Part shown: positions 46,029 to 50,724 of the stretch, one piece after another | How positions within the stretch are numbered: the stretch's first letter is position 1 | How the letters are laid out: each line of letters opens with the position of its first letter | Position numbers and translations under genes: made by a program | From: a virus | Lineage: Duplodnaviria; Caudoviricetes | Direction: 5' to 3' (one strand) | Length of the DNA stretch: 50,724 nt | IMG/VR virus record: IMGVR_UViG_3300046714_000194 | Span: 1 to 50,724 of that record | Notes under the pieces: generated by a model | What the model saw: the letters and a program-made list of their open reading frames with translations, nothing else | The model's database searches: none | Told to the model about the DNA's origin: nothing

Positions 46029-47394
46029 CGGGGGATCCTTTATCGGTGTCGGGCGGGGTATCGCCCGCGGGGCTCTTGGTTTCGATCGCCGGCTCGGTGA
46101 TCGTTGGGGGCGCGCCCGGGGTCGTGGGGATCCCGAAGCGGCTGATCAGCGCGTCGACGTCGAGCGTCACGCCGCCGGCAGCAAGCACGGGCCGCATCGT
46201 CGTGATCGCTGCGGCGACGGCGGCGATCGCGTCGGCGTCGGCCTTGCGATCGGCAGGTGGTGCGATATCCCACTCGACGCGCGGGCAATTCGGCAGAACG
46301 TCGAGCCCTTTGCGCTTGAACGCCCACGGCGGCAGGCCTTGGGTGTTGATCGTGTGTGCTAGGGATTCGGCGGTTTCTTTGATCAGGTCGGCGCGGATCG
46401 TTTGGTGGATCGACGCGTTGGCGAAACCGGTGCCGCCGGTGACCGTTACGACCTGCCCGGCAAGAGCGATCATGATCTCGAAGTTGGACGTGTCGATCTC
46501 GGTGCCGAACACCTCCCAGCCTTTGCCGTTCGACTCGAGTAGCTTCACGTCCCAACCCGACGGGAGCGAGAAGACGCTGTTCAGGCCCCACGCCATGAGG
46601 CGTTGGAAGAAGGAGAGCTTTGCGTCTTCGGATGCGCCCTGCGGCGTGAAGGCGACGCGCGCGGGGTTGGCAAGCTTCGCGCTGAAGTTCGCGCGGTGCA
46701 GCTTGGCGTGATCCTTCACGATGAAGGCGTGGCCGAGGCAGGGCCACAGCGCCGACTGCCAAGGCTGCAGGCGCCCGCCGGGTACGTGGAGGATCCACCG
46801 ACCATCGCCGGGCGTGATCGGGATCAGCCCGGCGGTGCTCTGGAAGTACCACCGCCCTTCGTTCCACCGGTACCAAAGGAATTCCGGATCGAGCCGCACC
46901 ATGACCGGGTGATCGCGCCCGGGTACGGCAACCATCTCGGCCACGCCGATCCCGCAGCCGATCCCGTCGGCAGCCAGGGCGGCAAGCTCCGCCGGCGGGA
47001 ACATCTCGTCAAACACGCTGCGCGAGTCGTTCTGCCCGGTGAGCTCGTCGGTGAGCGCCTTATCGCCGCGAAAGCGCTTCTGCAGCGCCACGAGCCCGGA
47101 CGTGCGCGTCTTCACCAACCCGCCGATGTAGCCGTCACGCTTCATCGCGCGCCACAGCTGCCCGACCTTGTGCATCTGGCCGCTGTCGGCCTGCAGCTGC
47201 GCCGTTTCGAGATCGGCGAGGTACCACCGCGTTTGCGTCGTCGGCAGAAGCTGGATCTGGCCGCCTAGCGCCTCGCGAATCTGCTCTTCAGACTCCTTCG
47301 AAACGCCCTGCACGGGCGTCGCGTTTTCGTAGGCGCTGAACCCCATAAGAGTTCGCGCCGCAGCTGCAAAGCGAGAGCTCAGGGCTTGGGCCAT
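46015..47394 (-). CDS. Portal protein (DUF935/Mu gp29-like)
   Basis: Position after terL; ALAGQ.VT pattern. Confidence 0.8.
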   Translation of the reverse strand: MAQALSSRFAAAARTLMGFSAYENATPVQGVSKESEEQIREALGGQIQLLPTTQTRWYLADLETAQLQADSGQMHKVGQLWRAMKRDGYIGGLVKTRTSGLVALQKRFRGDKALTDELTGQNDSRSVFDEMFPPAELAALAADGIGCGIGVAEMVAVPGRDHPVMVRLDPEFLWYRWNEGRWYFQSTAGLIPITPGDGRWILHVPGGRLQPWQSALWPCLGHAFIVKDHAKLHRANFSAKLANPARVAFTPQGASEDAKLSFFQRLMAWGLNSVFSLPSGWDVKLLESNGKGWEVFGTEIDTSNFEIMIALAGQVVTVTGGTGFANASIHQTIRADLIKETAESLAHTINTQGLPPWAFKRKGLDVLPNCPRVEWDIAPPADRKADADAIAAVAAAITTMRPVLAAGGVTLDVDALISRFGIPTTPGAPPTITEPAIETKSPAGDTPPDTDKGSPDGAA

Positions 47395-47438
47395 ACGGCC
47401 CTAGGATGGCGCCTGCGTCGCTGCCGCCGTGCTCGCGC

Positions 47439-49043
47439 TCACCCGTACGGGTTGATCCCACCGCCGTACGGATCGATCCCTCGGTAGGGGTCGAACCCGG
47501 GCCCGGGATCTTCGTTGGCCGTGCTGCCACCGTCGTGCTCGTGTTCGTCGGCGAAGCGCATTGGCTCCCAGCAGCACAGCACGAACGCGTCGCCCGTGTC
47601 GCTCGAGCGGCCGAGCAGCACGCGGATCCCGTTGGGGCCGTCCTTTTTGATCAGCTGCAGCCGGTCCTTCGTTGCAGGATCGAACTCGAGCACGTGCAGG
47701 TCGCGCTTCAGCTTCACGTCTTCGGGAATGGCGCCGCCGGCGCGCAGCCACTTCTCGGCGTTGGCTGCCATCTCGTCGCGCAGCGTGACGTACACGAACG
47801 GCAGGCGCTGTGGCTTCCACGAGCCGAACGTCTTCACAAGCTCAAACGCGCCGAGGTTTCGATCGAGGTGGTCTACGAGCGCTCGGCCGACGTCGCGCCC
47901 AACGTCTCCGCCGGCGTCGTAGATGATCACGGGGCAGAGCTTCTCGACGGGCGCGCGCCATGCGGAGATCAGGGCGAGCGTTTGCGCAAGGTGCCCCTCC
48001 GGCGTCAGGCCTTTGCCGCGCCAGATCTCCAGCACCTTCTGACCGCGTCGGATCACGATCGCCGTCTCGTCGCCTTGCCCGCCGGGCCCGGCCGGGTCGA
48101 GGCCGATCCACAGCCGGCCCAACGCCTGCGCCGATTCGTACCGCTCTTCAGCTGCCGTCAGGGACGCCAGGGAGAACAGCTTGCGCTCTTCGTTAATCGC
48201 GAACTCGCCCAACACGTGCACGCGAAACCACGCCGAGTCTTCGCCCCACGCTTGCTTCTGCCGTTCGATCCATTCGAGCGTCGCGAGGCCTGGCACCTGC
48301 TCTGCGAACTCGCGCGTGACGTTCGGAGACTCGTACGAGCTGATCTCGAAGGTGTGATAGCCGAACGTCGGCCCCATCACCTCGGCCGACTTCGAATGGT
48401 GGCTGTCGTAGAACTCGCCTTCGTTGCGGGTGGGGTTCGAGATCAGACAGAGCCACGCGTTGCCGCCGGCAAGGTTGCCTTCGACGGCGTCGAAGATCTG
48501 CTGCTTCACGCCGGAGGCCTCGTCGATCAGATACATCAGGCGGGCGCCGGCGATGCCCGCGATCGCCTCGGCGTCTCGCGCGGTGTAGCCCTTGATCTCG
48601 CAGAAGAGATCCTTCCACACTAGGCCACCCTCGTGTGACTCGGCCTTCACGCCCGGGATCTTCACAAGCGCTCGCGCATAAAGCATCTCGATCGCGCGCC
48701 ACATGATCTGCTTGACCTGCCGATCGGTCGTCGCCATGAGCACCACACGGGCGTCAGGCCCCATGGTGCAGTAGAACCAAAGGGCGATCATCGCAAAGAC
48801 GTACGACTTGCCGACGCGGCGCCCGCTCCGGACGCTGACGCGCTTGTGGTCTCTCACGCACTCGAGGATCTCACACTGCTTGCGCGTCGGGCGCATGCCG
48901 AGCACTTCGCGCACGAACGCCACGGGGTCGTCGCGGTAGCGTCGAAGGCGATCGGCGTCCGTCTCGGGCGGTTGCAGCTCTTCGAGCTTCCGACGCAGGA
49001 CCGGAGCAACGGCGCGCTCGAGTGAGATGTTACGCGCGGTCAC
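47439..49043 (-). CDS. terL: Terminase large subunit
   Basis: SGRRVGKS, IDEA, SNP, GLDPA and D.GDA motifs. Confidence 0.93.
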   Translation of the reverse strand: MTARNISLERAVAPVLRRKLEELQPPETDADRLRRYRDDPVAFVREVLGMRPTRKQCEILECVRDHKRVSVRSGRRVGKSYVFAMIALWFYCTMGPDARVVLMATTDRQVKQIMWRAIEMLYARALVKIPGVKAESHEGGLVWKDLFCEIKGYTARDAEAIAGIAGARLMYLIDEASGVKQQIFDAVEGNLAGGNAWLCLISNPTRNEGEFYDSHHSKSAEVMGPTFGYHTFEISSYESPNVTREFAEQVPGLATLEWIERQKQAWGEDSAWFRVHVLGEFAINEERKLFSLASLTAAEERYESAQALGRLWIGLDPAGPGGQGDETAIVIRRGQKVLEIWRGKGLTPEGHLAQTLALISAWRAPVEKLCPVIIYDAGGDVGRDVGRALVDHLDRNLGAFELVKTFGSWKPQRLPFVYVTLRDEMAANAEKWLRAGGAIPEDVKLKRDLHVLEFDPATKDRLQLIKKDGPNGIRVLLGRSSDTGDAFVLCCWEPMRFADEHEHDGGSTANEDPGPGFDPYRGIDPYGGGINPYG

Positions 49044-49161
49044 GCGTTACGCGCACGACGACACGCCGCGCCGAACCCTCGCAGCCAATCGGCCAAGTCG
49101 CCGCGCGATCCGCAACGTGTCGGTACGGCGGCGTAGCCGAGCATGAAGTGCCAGAGGCTTT

Positions 49162-50004
49162 TCATTGTGTCGTTGCTCCCATGAGGATCTCGCGCAGCTT
49201 CGCCATGCCGTTGCGCTCGTCGTCGGGATCGGCAGCGCGCCGCTTCCCGCCGGCTCGACCGAGTGCATAGCGGCGTTCGATCGCCCGTCGTTGCTCGGGC
49301 GTCAGCTGCGCTAGCGCGCCTCGAAGATCGGCAAGCCGATCGGCAGAATCGATCCCGTCGATCAACGCGTCTTCGTCGGGCGCATCGTGATCGAACAGCG
49401 CACGCTGATCTCGAATCGTGGTGCTGTGACCGTTGCCGCCGTAGTTCTCTTGGCTGTGCTGCAGGTACTCGAAGGACACCTCGGCGAGGCTCCACGAGAG
49501 CGCGCGATCGATCGTTGCTGGCAGCAGCGATGAGGCGTGCGTACAGCCGGAGGCGATCAGCTCGTGACGCACTTCGAGCGTCGTCGGGTCGCGCCCCAAC
49601 TGCGCTCGAGCGGCGTCGCGTGCGCGCTGGATCCGCTGTCGGCGCTTCGCGGCGTTCGAGCTGCCGGCGACCACGCGTTGGCGGTTGATTAGCGCGAGCA
49701 CTTCGTTGTGGATCCAGAAGGCCGCAAACGTCGAGAAGGCCTGCCCCCGTTCGGGCTTGAAGAGCTCGATCGCGCGCACGAGCCCACCGTGGCCCGAGGC
49801 GCCAGCAACGGCCTCTTGGATCAGATCGTCGAGAATGTCGAGGCGTCCGGCCGAGCGGGCGCACCGGGTAGCAATGCGAGCGACGAGACGCATGTTGGCG
49901 CGGATCAGCTCGTTGCGTGCCGCGAGATCTCCCCGCCGGGCTCGGGCGCACAGCGCAGCGATCACCTCGGCCTTGACCTTGCGGTACGCGGGGAGCGGCT
50001 TCAC
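49162..50004 (-). CDS. Sigma-70 family RNA polymerase sigma factor
   Basis: ARNELIRANMRLV, DLIQE, GLVRAIE.F.PERG..FSTFA.FWI, LTPEQR.AI..RY. Confidence 0.9.
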   Translation of the reverse strand: MKPLPAYRKVKAEVIAALCARARRGDLAARNELIRANMRLVARIATRCARSAGRLDILDDLIQEAVAGASGHGGLVRAIELFKPERGQAFSTFAAFWIHNEVLALINRQRVVAGSSNAAKRRQRIQRARDAARAQLGRDPTTLEVRHELIASGCTHASSLLPATIDRALSWSLAEVSFEYLQHSQENYGGNGHSTTIRDQRALFDHDAPDEDALIDGIDSADRLADLRGALAQLTPEQRRAIERRYALGRAGGKRRAADPDDERNGMAKLREILMGATTQ

Positions 50005-50555
50005 GGTGCGGCCTCCAGCGCTGCGACGGCCGCACCGAGCGCCTCGGGCCATGGCGCCAAGGCGTCGGCAAGCCGGTCGGCCATGCGGCGGAACGGAGGG
50101 GACGCGGCGATCCGCACTTCGTCGAGATCCGCCGCGCCCGTCATCTTCCCGAGCGCCACCATGTTGCGCGTGAGCCGCTCCAGCCTGGCTGCACGCTTCT
50201 GCGGGCTCTCACCGTCGGTGCCGTCACGCATGGCGCTGATCTCTTCGAGCACCAACGCGTACACCTGATCGGCCGCAGCTCGGGCCGTGTTGGCGTTTGC
50301 CGGCCCGGGTTCGAGCGGCACCACATCGCCGCGCGCGCGCCCGGCCTCGTACACCGTATCCCAATCGATCTCGGGCGGGCCGCCACCGTCGCGCAGCTCG
50401 CGGCGTTTGGCACGGTCTGGCGCAGCTGTGCCGTCAAGCCACCGGATGATCGTCCGACGCGACACGCCGAGCCGCTGCGCTTTTTCCTCTTGAGTTCCGG
50501 GCTGTTGCTCCAGCCACACGGAACCTTTGGATCTCAACGCGGCGTCGCTTGGCAC
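50001..50555 (-). CDS. HTH protein, probable terminase small subunit
   Basis: TQEEKAQRLGVSRRTIIRW HTH followed by helical C-terminus; first gene of the packaging operon. Confidence 0.6.
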   Translation of the reverse strand: MPSDAALRSKGSVWLEQQPGTQEEKAQRLGVSRRTIIRWLDGTAAPDRAKRRELRDGGGPPEIDWDTVYEAGRARGDVVPLEPGPANANTARAAADQVYALVLEEISAMRDGTDGESPQKRAARLERLTRNMVALGKMTGAADLDEVRIAASPPFRRMADRLADALAPWPEALGAAVAALEAAP

Positions 50556-50705
50556 ACACTGAGCCTAACGCATGCGTCACGGTGTGCCAGTCTTGCGGCG
50601 CAACTTTTTGCGGCCGGGCGCAACTTTTACCGCAACGTATGGTCACGCATGGTCACAATTACATTTTCGCGGTAACGGCTGCGCTAACGCGCGAGGCGCC
50701 TTGGC

Positions 50706-50724
50706 CTTACCGTCCCCCACACTG
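50706..50724 (+). repeat. Right copy of 19-bp terminal direct repeat
   Basis: Identical to 1-19. Confidence 0.95.

Larger units (their letters stand above)
1..50724. mobile_element. Complete temperate tailed phage (contractile tail, Mu-like head, tyrosine integrase)
   Basis: Full set of packaging, head, tail, lysis, replication and integration genes; no host housekeeping genes; terminal direct repeat. Confidence 0.95.

Noticed and set aside
40114-47394. Transposable Mu-like prophage or tailocin
   Set aside because: No transposase; a full head, terminase, tyrosine integrase and replication module are present

Overview
The window looks like one complete, GC-rich temperate myovirus genome of about 50.7 kb. 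It has a 19-bp direct repeat at both ends, and essentially all genes lie on the minus strand. Read in transcription order (right to left), the modules are: HTH/small terminase, a sigma-70 factor, large terminase, a Mu-like head (portal, S49 protease/scaffold, gpT-like capsid), a contractile tail and baseplate, and tail fibres. Next come a lipoprotein/hydrolase cassette (GH128-like glycosidase, papain-like protease), lysis genes, a metallophosphoesterase, UvrD and SNF2 helicases, and an ARC/Mpa-like proteasomal AAA ATPase. Then follow xis and a tyrosine integrase whose 3' end contains a tRNA-His-derived attP, a RepA-like helicase with an iteron cluster, and nucleotide-pool enzymes (DUF5664, HD). 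The left end holds Sak4/SSB/Cas4-like recombination genes, a PolA split into UDG-exonuclease and polymerase genes around an HNH-containing insert, and an amino-MTase. The host is probably Myxococcota (Polyangiaceae-like); this is an inference only. The strongest leads are the phage-borne ARC-like unfoldase, the split PolA, attP inside int, a recurring GGCGC-YANNNT promoter motif, and a pseudoknot-like leader at 25258-25348. All protein calls come from motif recognition by eye; no searches were run.
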